Shown here: positions 19,063 to 28,201 of the stretch, in pieces
How positions within the stretch are numbered: the stretch's first letter is position 1
How the letters are laid out: the number at the start of each line of letters is the position of its first letter
Assembly (NCBI GenBank): GCA_016929235.1
Contig: JAFGJD010000005.1
Location: 156,168 to 216,852 of the forward strand
Direction: 5' to 3'
From: Candidatus Babeliales bacterium
GTDB taxonomy: Bacteria > Babelota > Babeliae > Babelales > JABCYS01
Length of the DNA stretch: 60,685 nucleotides
Program-made: the position numbers and the translations under genes
Notes under the pieces: generated by a model
Database searches by the model: none
The model's input: only the letters and a program-made list of their open reading frames with translations
What the model was told of the DNA's origin: nothing

Positions 19063-20889
19063 GTGAGTAGATCTTTATCTCTTATGGAACCGTTGAGTAG
19101 AATTATCAAAGCAATCGGTATTGTATTTGGTGATATTGGAACCAGTCCCATTTATACATTGAGCATTGTATTCGCCCTGATCGCACCAACCCGCGCAAAC
19201 ATCATGGGCGTTCTGTCGTTAATTATTTGGACATTGATTCTTTTGGTTACCGTGCAATATATATGGCTCGCTATGAGCCTCAGTCAAAAAGGCGAAGGTG
19301 GAACTATTGTTCTACGCAAGGTTCTCAAACCGCTACTTAACACCGCCAGCGCAAAATCATTTGTAACCATTCTTTCATTCATCGGCATTTCATTCTTGAT
19401 AGGTGATGGCGTAATTACACCCGCCATCAGCATCTTGAGTGCCGTAGAAGGCGTTAAATTAATTCCCGGCATGTTCGCTGTACAGCAAAACCTTCTCGTT
19501 TTGCTTGCCTGCCTTATTGCAATCGGACTGTTCTCATTTCAAAAACAAGGGGCTGAAATAGTCTCAGGAGCATTCGGACCCATTATGGTGCTGTGGTTTC
19601 TTATCCTGGGAGGCTCAGGTCTGTATTGGCTTGCACATGATCCTTCATTTTTAAGCGCATTCAATCCACTACATATCCCACAGTTCATGTACCATAATGG
19701 ATTCGTAGGATTTCTTGTACTTGCACGCGTTATCTTATGCGCAACTGGCGGTGAAGCCTTGTATGCCGGTATCGGCAACTTGGGCCGCAGGCCAATTATT
19801 AATGGATGGTATTTTGCATTCGTTATGCTGCTTCTACACTATTTGGGACAAGGCGTATTCATCATGAACTATCCTGGAAGCGTAGGCAGTATTTTTTACC
19901 AAATGATGTTTACCCAAATGCCACGGCTCTATATTCCATTCGTACTGCTTAGCGTTATCGCAACCGTAATTGCATCACAAGCCATGATCAGCGGTATTTC
20001 CGCTACAGTATATCAAGGAATAATGACAAATATTCTTCCTAGATTACGCGTTGAATACACATCACGTCGTCTCAGCAAACAAATCTACATTCCGGCTATT
20101 AACTGGTCGCTTATGATCATGGTTCTCATTGTGATTCTGCAATTTAAAAGCGCCTACCATATAGCTAATGCCTACGGCCTTGCCGCATTATGTACTATGA
20201 CTATAACCAGCGTCATGATGACCATGATCTTTTATCTTAGGAAAGAATATGTCATGGCCATTATCGCCAATATCATTGTTGGTATCGACATCACATACTT
20301 GGCAGCAAGCACATCAAAGGTCCCCTATGGGGGATACTTACCTATTTTCATTGCAAGTATTCCACTTTCTCTGATCCTGATTTATACAGGAGGCAAACGT
20401 CGCTTATTGAGAGCCGCACGGCCACGTGCATTGCCACAGTTTATTGAAGAATATGAGCAAGCCCGTAAGACCACAAATTGTATCGATGGAACTGCCCTCT
20501 TTTTCTCGCGCCGGGTTAAAATGATCCCTGACTATATTTCATATACCATGTTCAATAATGACATCATGTATGAAGAAAACATCATTCTCTCTGTTATCAC
20601 ACAAAACAAACCATTTGGAGTCGCCGCTGAGTTCGGAGAAAAGCTTGCTGAAGGCCTCTTTTTATTTGAAATCCGTGTCGGATACATGGAAGCCTTGAAT
20701 ATAAAAAAAGTCATCAAAAATGCTAAGATTGATCCTAAAGTAATTTTCTACGGTATGGAAGAAATTGAATCCAAAAATCTGATTTGGAAGATCTTTGCAT
20801 TCATAAAATCAATCACCCCATCATTTGTCCAATTCTATAAACTACCGACTGATCAACTCCACGGGGTTGTTCGCCGCGTTGAGATATAA
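19063..20889 (+). CDS. kup: KUP/HAK/KT potassium transporter
   Basis: GIVFGDIGTSPIY, GEGG, GDGVITPAISILSAVEG, TGGEALYA, ASQAMISG and QIYIPAINW. Confidence 0.96.
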   Translation: MSRSLSLMEPLSRIIKAIGIVFGDIGTSPIYTLSIVFALIAPTRANIMGVLSLIIWTLILLVTVQYIWLAMSLSQKGEGGTIVLRKVLKPLLNTASAKSFVTILSFIGISFLIGDGVITPAISILSAVEGVKLIPGMFAVQQNLLVLLACLIAIGLFSFQKQGAEIVSGAFGPIMVLWFLILGGSGLYWLAHDPSFLSAFNPLHIPQFMYHNGFVGFLVLARVILCATGGEALYAGIGNLGRRPIINGWYFAFVMLLLHYLGQGVFIMNYPGSVGSIFYQMMFTQMPRLYIPFVLLSVIATVIASQAMISGISATVYQGIMTNILPRLRVEYTSRRLSKQIYIPAINWSLMIMVLIVILQFKSAYHIANAYGLAALCTMTITSVMMTMIFYLRKEYVMAIIANIIVGIDITYLAASTSKVPYGGYLPIFIASIPLSLILIYTGGKRRLLRAARPRALPQFIEEYEQARKTTNCIDGTALFFSRRVKMIPDYISYTMFNNDIMYEENIILSVITQNKPFGVAAEFGEKLAEGLFLFEIRVGYMEALNIKKVIKNAKIDPKVIFYGMEEIESKNLIWKIFAFIKSITPSFVQFYKLPTDQLHGVVRRVEI

Positions 20890-20890
20890 C

Positions 20891-20918
20891 AAAAACGGCT
20901 CCGGATTTCCGGAGCCGC
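20891..20918. terminator. Intrinsic terminator between convergent kup and rplU
   Basis: AAAAA-CGGCTCCGGA-TT-TCCGGAGCCG hairpin; the U-tract reads on the minus (rplU) strand. Confidence 0.85.
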
Positions 20919-20937
20919 CTCTTGCTTGTTCAGATTC

Positions 20938-21267
20938 TTATATGGATTCAATCCTTACAACCGTACCAGGCTGACGATGGCCTTGTTTGACCCGTGACTT
21001 TTTACGGCGTTTGAACTTATATGCGATGACCTTAGGGCCCTTGATATGTTTGACAATAGAGGCCTTTACAGGGGTTCCGACGTATGGTTGGCCAATTTCT
21101 ACTTGGCCTTCACCAGTCTTACGAAGGAGAACTTCCGTAAATTCAACTGGGGTTCCCGCTTCACCTTCGAGCAACTCAACAGCAATGGTTTTGCCTGGAA
21201 TCGCTTGGTACTGCTTCCCACCAGTTTGAATAATGGCATATGTCTGAGCTACTGCTTGTGCATCCAT
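20938..21267 (-). CDS. rplU: 50S ribosomal protein L21
   Basis: YAIIQTGGKQY, IGQPYV and KFKRRK...GHRQ. Confidence 0.97.
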   Translation of the reverse strand: MDAQAVAQTYAIIQTGGKQYQAIPGKTIAVELLEGEAGTPVEFTEVLLRKTGEGQVEIGQPYVGTPVKASIVKHIKGPKVIAYKFKRRKKSRVKQGHRQPGTVVRIESI

Positions 21268-21368
21268 GCGAGCAATCCTTTATGGGAGACTTTTCGATTA
21301 GAACTACTGAATAATAAGGAGTATACCAGAACCAAGCGTTTGCTCAAGAATACCCCAATGAGTAATCC

Positions 21369-21398
21369 TTGACTTTCCCAAAACCCCCTGCATAGACT
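21369..21398 (+). promoter_or_regulatory. Putative sigma70 promoter for the 21435 gene
   Basis: TTGACT-18 nt-TAGACT, then AGGAG RBS. Confidence 0.45.
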
Positions 21399-21434
21399 CC
21401 TCATGGAATCTAACCCCCATTTAGGAGAAGATCT

Positions 21435-22346
21435 ATGAAACGAGTTATCTTTGTCCTGCTGGCATCTATGTCCGTAGCTATGGCAAAAAATGTAGTAAAT
21501 GTGCCACTCATGATAGAACCTCAACAACATGTTAATGATGCAGTTAAGGACATCATGGATGAAGTTACCAAGGAAAGAGAAAAACTCGGGACACAAGGAT
21601 CACTATCACTATCAAACAACCTTGCCGCACTCTTCAAGGGCATCTCACAGGATGTTATTCCAGAAATTAAAGCACTCCAGAACGACATGTCTCCGACTGA
21701 AGCCCGTAACATAGATGTCACCACACAAAGTAAGATCGAGAAGGCTATCCAGTCAATCTGCAAGAAAAATACCGTCCTTGAACAACAAGAATCTCGTATC
21801 GAGATGATGGCCAATAGATACCATCAAATCCGACTCGATGAGATACTTGGTGAAACACGGGAAGTCGAAACCTCATATGATACTATTTTTTATGGGGATA
21901 AACTTAAAAACCCTATCAATGATGAAAGCGCCTCAATAGCAGACATTCTTAACGAAGTACTTTCTGAGATGTGGCGATTATCAGCACAGGAAAATGAACA
22001 TTTTTTTGCGCAAATAACCACGAACGTGCAAGCTGGATACTGTCCAGGAGGAAAACGGGTAAAACGCCAAGCCAGAAATTACTGTCCCGGCGAAGCACAA
22101 CCACCTAAGGATGAACAAAAACGTATTAACAAATGGATCGATAAAATGAATTTCAATCAATGGGGTGACTGCAAGGGGACCATGTACACCGGAGGCTCTG
22201 CATCATTTGATGAAAGAACTGGGTGCTACCATACCCAATATTCGATCCTCATCAAGAAATATCCCGACAAGCCGTGGAACCAACCAGAAAATACATGGAC
22301 AGCATGGAAAACCACTTGGGGAACAAATCATAGAACGTGCAATTAA
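21435..22346 (+). CDS. Hypothetical exported protein
   Basis: AGGAG RBS; signal peptide MKRVIFVLLASMSVAMA; helical N-terminal part and an aromatic/Gly-rich C-terminal module. Confidence 0.75.
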   Translation: MKRVIFVLLASMSVAMAKNVVNVPLMIEPQQHVNDAVKDIMDEVTKEREKLGTQGSLSLSNNLAALFKGISQDVIPEIKALQNDMSPTEARNIDVTTQSKIEKAIQSICKKNTVLEQQESRIEMMANRYHQIRLDEILGETREVETSYDTIFYGDKLKNPINDESASIADILNEVLSEMWRLSAQENEHFFAQITTNVQAGYCPGGKRVKRQARNYCPGEAQPPKDEQKRINKWIDKMNFNQWGDCKGTMYTGGSASFDERTGCYHTQYSILIKKYPDKPWNQPENTWTAWKTTWGTNHRTCN

Positions 22347-22411
22347 AAACACGTTATATGCTCTTTAGATAGACGTAGAGTCCATATGTGACTCTGCGTC
22401 TATTTTTATAC

Positions 22412-25159
22412 TCAATGAAGCTGATAAACCTTACAGCGACGGCTCACCGACGAACGATTAACACCTATAAATTCAGCAATTTTATTTTGATTTTTGAACG
22501 TATCCCACAACAACTGCATCACGTGTTGATTCTTGAGGGCTTGCTTTCCAAGACGCGCAGCTGCTTGTAATTGTTCTTTATCAGGCATACTTGCATTGTC
22601 GAAAGCTACCTCAAACAAACCCGTCCTTTTTCTTGATTTAGCATGTATATATTCTTGAACCGTCTTTCGCAACTGCACAAACCCTATTGGTTTTTCAGCT
22701 ATGAACCTAATTTTTTCAGCTTCATTGAGAACTACCGATCGCTTATATGGCAACGCATGGGCTTCTTGCTGAATATATGCATCCATAATACTACTAAGCA
22801 CCGCGTGCTCTAACGAAAGAGGATCAGGGATATAAACTTGAGCACCCTTCAGTTCCTCATAGAGTGTCTTCGAGAAGTAGCCACTCAACACAAGTTTTTC
22901 GATATCTTTATCGGAAGCCACAACAATCTGTGCAAGGCCAATTCGCTTCTGCTCACTTTTATATAAACGATACCAACCATATTTGAGGTACTCAGCAAGC
23001 TGATTTTGCAAAGTCATACTCAATTTATGGACATCATGAATAATGATCGTGCCATCAGATCCCGCTCGCTCTAGAAGTGCCATTCTCGGCTTGCCTACCG
23101 TCACCACAGGATCGAGACCAAAAAGCTCTTCGGCAATCGAAGCCTCATCGCGATCTCCTGGATTTAGATAATACGCACAACCAGCAGAAGAAGCTGTATG
23201 CACAAGATCAGCAAGGACCTTACAATCATCTTGCGCTCCCAAAAGAAACAATGCCCTATGCTCAATCATTTTCCGCATAAAACTAACCTTGAATTTCAGG
23301 AGGGGTAACGAAAACAACGGAATAATCTCATTAAGTCGTTGCCCTGTCTTAGTACCATGAAGATGCAGAAGAGAAAGCCAATCATGACGATCCTGAAACT
23401 GCTCTGATTGAATGAGAACTTTCTGTCCAATTCCCTGCTCACGTAAGGTCAAAACTACTTCTTTGCGACTACTGTCAGGAAATCCAGTGATTTTAATTGA
23501 TTTTCCCTCTCCATTCTCCGCTTCTGCAAATGACATAGTCTTGTAAAGCTCAACAAATTGGACCACCTTTTTGCAGGCCACCGCAAGAGGATGAGCATCC
23601 TGGGTATTCAAGTTAATCGAAACTAACTGCTGTGCATCTGTATTTCCTAAAATGAATTTACCTTCACTATAAAATACTAGCCCTTCTTTTCTTCGCTTCG
23701 TCTCATGAAGCTTTGCCCTGAGGCTTTCATGACAAAACTCGAACCCACGCTCTTGAGCATAAAGAACTTCTTGAAGTTTGCGCTCTTGTACTTCGACTGC
23801 TTCTATACTTCTTGTTTGTAATAGATGTAAAATATTGCCTAAGTAACTTGCAAGGATCAACATCTCATCACGTTCAACATTATTGTAAAATGCCTGGCGA
23901 GGTCGTGCGCCACGCTCAATCACGATATAGGCCATAAGCGTATCATTGTAATAAATAGGTAGAAACACAGCTGCATTCAACGAATCAAGAAACTTTAAAA
24001 ATACTTGGTACAGATCTTCATCGGCATAGATTTGATCAAAGGCTAGCTCATCAGTAATCAAGATCTTTTTCGAAGAGAGATAATTAGATATAGCCTCTTT
24101 TGATTGCACTGCACGCAAAAAATGTTCAACAGTATACTTCATCTGCGATGATGGCTTGAGACGACCCTCCGCTTCATTCAGCGCACCATAAGGTCGCTCA
24201 ATAAAATGAACATATTGCGTGTCGATATCAAAGGCCTCATTCACAAACGTCCGAACAAGAGCCGATAAATCATGTAATGAGGTTATCTTTCCTAGCTGAT
24301 GCAAAAAAACTTTAAACTGATCAACAAAGATTACTTGTACAGGAGCTTCTACATGCTCACGCATATTTAAAAAGCGTAGACCTCGCATACGGCTAATAAC
24401 TACATAAAGAGCGATAACGACAGATAATGAAAGAAGATTATGGAGGGCTGGCATAGTAAAGCCCAATGTTTGCTGCAACATGATAAGCGGAAAAAACATC
24501 GTAGGATACGCACACGCAAATTCAAAAATTCCTGCCGGCAAAATAATGTATTTCAACAAAATACCAAGCTGCTGTTGCAACAAATATGGGATCTTGAGTT
24601 TTTTAAGCTGTGCAAGAAAGGGAAACACTATTAAGAACGTTGTGAAAAGGAAATACCAAATGGATATAACTCGCCAGTAATACACCCAATGTTGGCTCGG
24701 CCCAAAGTGATAAAAATTAAGAAATAAGTCATATACAAAAGGCAAACAAATTAGTGAAGTAACAACAACAATTCCTCTGTGAAGCCTTCGAACCTCAAAC
24801 CTCTTTCCCAGTAAATTTCCAACAAAAAACATCAAAAATACGTTAAGCAAGGAATTAAGGATCCATGCACATTTAACAATAATATCTGAGAACAAATTCA
24901 AGCTATCGGGAAATGGAGAGGACGCAAGATTTCGATATAAAGGCAATATCCATGAAATATCGATAAACATGGAACTTGCTAGGTATAGCATAGCATAGCG
25001 AATAGCCGTTCTAATATGGGTATTTGGCTCTCTGAAAAAAACAATCACTGCAAGTAGAAAAAGTTTCAAGGCCGCGGATGTAACCGCAAGTGCCAGCGCC
25101 ATGTTTTGACTAAAAATAAATGCTTCTAAATAAGAAAAAACAATATTCATAATCACCAC
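22412..25159 (-). CDS. Multi-pass membrane one-component regulator: ~7 TM + GAF-like + degenerate sigma54-activator AAA+ + Fis-type HTH
   Basis: About 7 hydrophobic helices in the first ~260 aa; GAF-like FLPIYY...AYIVIER; EELFG, GTIIIHDVHKL...LQ and IVVAS AAA remnants; C-terminal NQNKIAEFIGVNRSSVSRR HTH. Confidence 0.85.
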   Translation of the reverse strand: MVIMNIVFSYLEAFIFSQNMALALAVTSAALKLFLLAVIVFFREPNTHIRTAIRYAMLYLASSMFIDISWILPLYRNLASSPFPDSLNLFSDIIVKCAWILNSLLNVFLMFFVGNLLGKRFEVRRLHRGIVVVTSLICLPFVYDLFLNFYHFGPSQHWVYYWRVISIWYFLFTTFLIVFPFLAQLKKLKIPYLLQQQLGILLKYIILPAGIFEFACAYPTMFFPLIMLQQTLGFTMPALHNLLSLSVVIALYVVISRMRGLRFLNMREHVEAPVQVIFVDQFKVFLHQLGKITSLHDLSALVRTFVNEAFDIDTQYVHFIERPYGALNEAEGRLKPSSQMKYTVEHFLRAVQSKEAISNYLSSKKILITDELAFDQIYADEDLYQVFLKFLDSLNAAVFLPIYYNDTLMAYIVIERGARPRQAFYNNVERDEMLILASYLGNILHLLQTRSIEAVEVQERKLQEVLYAQERGFEFCHESLRAKLHETKRRKEGLVFYSEGKFILGNTDAQQLVSINLNTQDAHPLAVACKKVVQFVELYKTMSFAEAENGEGKSIKITGFPDSSRKEVVLTLREQGIGQKVLIQSEQFQDRHDWLSLLHLHGTKTGQRLNEIIPLFSLPLLKFKVSFMRKMIEHRALFLLGAQDDCKVLADLVHTASSAGCAYYLNPGDRDEASIAEELFGLDPVVTVGKPRMALLERAGSDGTIIIHDVHKLSMTLQNQLAEYLKYGWYRLYKSEQKRIGLAQIVVASDKDIEKLVLSGYFSKTLYEELKGAQVYIPDPLSLEHAVLSSIMDAYIQQEAHALPYKRSVVLNEAEKIRFIAEKPIGFVQLRKTVQEYIHAKSRKRTGLFEVAFDNASMPDKEQLQAAARLGKQALKNQHVMQLLWDTFKNQNKIAEFIGVNRSSVSRRCKVYQLH

Positions 25160-25179
25160 TCTTGTTTCGGCTGAAGTTG

Positions 25180-25188
25180 TGGTAAACT
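25180..25188 (+). promoter_or_regulatory. Putative extended -10 element for the small peptide gene
   Basis: TG-G-TAAACT, about 45 nt upstream of the ATG at 25232. Confidence 0.35.
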
Positions 25189-25231
25189 ACCTATGGAAGT
25201 ATTGTTGAACCCTATAGCGATGAGGTGTGTC

Positions 25232-25312
25232 ATGAAGTTCCTACAATTCGCAGCTAGTTTGTGTTTTTACGCACTGACCTTCTTTGAGGTCATGCCTCCA
25301 GGCGGCGGGTAA
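25232..25312 (+). CDS. Small peptide, 26 aa (MKFLQFAASLCFYALTFFEVMPPGGG); candidate signalling-peptide precursor
   Basis: GAGGT RBS 5 nt before the ATG; MK plus hydrophobic core; followed by hairpins and a terminator. In-frame upstream ATGs also exist at 25193 and 25220. Confidence 0.65.
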   Translation: MKFLQFAASLCFYALTFFEVMPPGGG

Positions 25313-25362
25313 CAGTCGCAGTTACGATTACCGACTGTTACATTCGGTAATCATAGCAAGAT

Positions 25363-25412
25363 AAAACCACCTCTGCAAAACCCTTTAATAGGTTTGAGAG
25401 GTGGTTTTCTTT
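25363..25412. terminator. Bidirectional intrinsic terminator
   Basis: AAAACCACCTCT (25363-25374) / AGAGGTGGTTTT (25397-25408) with inner AAACC/GGTTT pairing, followed by CTTT. Confidence 0.8.
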
Positions 25413-25949
25413 ATAAAAAATAACAAGGCCTCATCTTCGGTTTGTGATTATAGCTATTCTTGATCTCTGCGCCTGCGGCTTTTGACTTTACCAATTCATG
25501 CCATCTGTAAAACAATGTTACGTTTTCTGAACCCTGCTCAGCCGCTTGTTCTGCTAGAAACAGCTTCTGCAAAAAACATTCTCGGCGGCTGGTCACACAC
25601 CCAGACAATCTTCCCTACATCTTATTAAAAAAGTTCGTGATAAGCCCGCAAACATCTAATTCCTTCTCATAATAGGAATCAGGAGCACCTGCTTCGTCGC
25701 ATTTTGAATACCACCCATGAGGTATTTCGCCGCACTCGCTTCTGTAACGCTCACGAATACGACGCCCCGCTCCGGCTGATCGTGTTCATGAAGCAGTTCC
25801 TACTATGATAGATTGTTAGGAAGCCACGCCCCTGAGAGCAACAACAAAAAGATATGAACCTTCCCAACGTCTACCTAAGGAATCCAGCTTATAATGGCAA
25901 CGGTATAAACATATAAGCTGACACTAAAAAAATACATACGGACTTTCAC
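25411..25949 (-). pseudogene. Degraded paralog of the tandem-signal-peptide protein family
   Basis: Fragments in different frames with stops: MKVRMYF, PL*AGFLR*TL, FLLLLSGAW and GRRIRERYRSEC...ELDVC, compared with GRAAAAWYERAC...ELDPC of the neighbouring gene. The 3' boundary is approximate. Confidence 0.6.
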
Positions 25950-26013
25950 AATAAACCATTTGCCAAAAGCCCCAATTGCATTATCCTGCATTTCATCACA
26001 AAACTATACAAAC

Positions 26014-26847
26014 TTAGACCTCATCCTCTCTATCCGATCCTTGTGCTGCAACCCTCTTTCTCCAATAGGCAATCTCATATGGCATCAGCCCATCGTCATC
26101 TCGATGCCGCATTATGAGTTTTGCATACAGAGCCTCCCGACTTTCATCTAATGGCAAACCGTCTATTGCACGCCGAAGAGCTTCGTCTAGCCGAGCAATT
26201 CTTTTTCCAACAGGAAAAGCTGTCTTCGTCTCTTCATCAACATGAAACATGCCAAATTGCTCTAAAATCGGAATATCATCATGACCAATCCCGCTATAGT
26301 CCCATGTAGGGCTACGGTATCCGGTTAATACCTGCATCATGATAAGAGCCGTTCTTTCTTCCCCAATTGTTCGTATCAGATTTATGGTTCTACCGGCCCG
26401 ATTGAGCCACCGGCCATATGCCTGCGCATTTGCTTCCGGAACACCATCAGCAAACCGTTCTTGTCCACGAGAAATCTGACCTAATTCCGCGTGGAATGCA
26501 TTGCAAGGATCTAGCTCAGAAGCAGTATCCGTATCAGACACACATGCTCGCTCATACCAGGCTGCAGCGGCACGCCCTTGCTCCTCATCTTGCAAATCAA
26601 GCCCAACTAAGAATTGACTTCTCCCATAAGGCAACGCTGAATTCTCTTTCTCCGGATACAGCATCGCATAGTCTCCCCCAAGCGGAAAATAATGATTATC
26701 CTCTTCCCCTTTCTGTGAAATTGAACCAGCTGGTGATAGCAAAAGGAGAGAGACAAGCAGTTTACTCAGCCATCCCGCCTCTAAAGGAATTTTCCACAAA
26801 AGTAACACCAATATTACATATGCTTTAAAGTAGTTCTGAATCTTCAT
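26014..26847 (-). CDS. Exported protein, tandem-signal-peptide family member 1
   Basis: Two consecutive hydrophobic leaders; WYERAC and ELDPCNAFH; shares motifs with the 43666-46070 genes. Confidence 0.75.
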   Translation of the reverse strand: MKIQNYFKAYVILVLLLWKIPLEAGWLSKLLVSLLLLSPAGSISQKGEEDNHYFPLGGDYAMLYPEKENSALPYGRSQFLVGLDLQDEEQGRAAAAWYERACVSDTDTASELDPCNAFHAELGQISRGQERFADGVPEANAQAYGRWLNRAGRTINLIRTIGEERTALIMMQVLTGYRSPTWDYSGIGHDDIPILEQFGMFHVDEETKTAFPVGKRIARLDEALRRAIDGLPLDESREALYAKLIMRHRDDDGLMPYEIAYWRKRVAAQGSDREDEV

Positions 26848-27166
26848 AAGATACCTTTCATGAAACACCCTCCAAATCATTTACACCACGGAGTTAAGTA
26901 TGGAGAGATTTTAAAAAATTCCTAACCCCCATTTCATACCGTTCAGAAAACATTACCACTGGAGTTTTAAAAATCAGTATAAAGCCGAGAAATCACGTAG
27001 TGTAATTTGTTCTAGTAGCCTTGATACGCCAGAATACATGCGGAGACACGCTAGACTATCCCGCGTTTTGCATTGCGATTCAGCCAAAAATATTATAGAT
27101 TGTGTTCGCATTTAACACCGGTGATCGCAGAAACAAGAAGCTATAGACAAATACTAGGGAATAATA

Positions 27167-28201
27167 GTGGAACTGAAAGTTTTAATCGCTGGAATATCAG
27201 GGGCTTCCTTAGGTACAGAAATTTTGAAATGTCTAAAACTCGCACGGGACTACACCATCTATGGAGCAGACATATCACCATATGCGTACGGTCTTTATCA
27301 GAATGAATTCGAAAAAACATTTACCGTTTCTTCAGGATCCTATATTTCCGATATTCTTTCTATTGTTCAGTCTTATAATATTGCAGTGATTATACCGGGA
27401 GGAGAAGAGCCCCTGTCGCTCCTAATGGCAAACAAGCACATTTTTGATGAATACAACATTAGACTAGCCATAAATGATCCAGCCACCATTAGCGTCTGTC
27501 AAAACAAACTTAAGACATTTGAATTTCTCCAGAAACACCATATAGCAATTCCCCGGACCGAAAGGCTTGTTGGCACGGCGCAACTCGCATCATTTGATTA
27601 TCCCTGCATTATAAAACCTTCCACTGATTCAGGTGGTAGTGTTTTTGTTTCCTTTGCCGAGACAGAAGAAGAAGCAATATCACACTACAAACACCTAAAA
27701 AAAATAGGAATTTCAGAAATTATCATCCAGGAATATATCTCTCACCAAGATGGCGAATTTACCGTCGGAGTTCTATCATCACCAGAGGGAGAGATTATCG
27801 ATACCGTCGGACTCAAGAAAGTATTTGGTTGTAAAATGTCCTATAAAGAGAAATCCGAAAAAAGTATCATCTCTTCGGGATACAGCCAGGGACTCATCGA
27901 TAATTTCCCAGAAATACACAAACAGGCTGAAAAAATTTCCCAAACGTTACAAAGCAAGGGTCCTCTCAATATCCAGGGTCGAATTAAAAACTCCGTCTTT
28001 CATCCTTTTGAAATCAACTGCCGATTTTCAGCAAGTAGCTATTTGCGAGCAATGGCAGGAGTAAATGACATTGATATTTTCATCAAATCAATGCTCAATC
28101 TCCCCTATGAACCAAGTCCAAAAAAATATGGCTACTACTTCAGAACTCTGCATGAACAATTCGTACCAAAAAATAGGATCAAAGAATGGTCAAATGGATA
28201 A
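27167..28201 (+). CDS. ATP-grasp protein (CarB/PylC-like)
   Basis: IIPGGEE, IIKPSTDSGGS, IIQEYI and FEINCRFS. Confidence 0.88.
   Translation: MELKVLIAGISGASLGTEILKCLKLARDYTIYGADISPYAYGLYQNEFEKTFTVSSGSYISDILSIVQSYNIAVIIPGGEEPLSLLMANKHIFDEYNIRLAINDPATISVCQNKLKTFEFLQKHHIAIPRTERLVGTAQLASFDYPCIIKPSTDSGGSVFVSFAETEEEAISHYKHLKKIGISEIIIQEYISHQDGEFTVGVLSSPEGEIIDTVGLKKVFGCKMSYKEKSEKSIISSGYSQGLIDNFPEIHKQAEKISQTLQSKGPLNIQGRIKNSVFHPFEINCRFSASSYLRAMAGVNDIDIFIKSMLNLPYEPSPKKYGYYFRTLHEQFVPKNRIKEWSNG

Noticed and set aside
25411..25608. 65-aa ORF as an independent gene
   Set aside because: TTG start without a convincing RBS; better explained as part of the degraded paralog.
26881..26975. Short repeats ACCAC(T)GGAGTT at the island edge as possible att sites
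   Set aside because: Short and imperfect; I saw no matching copy at the other island end and no integrase.
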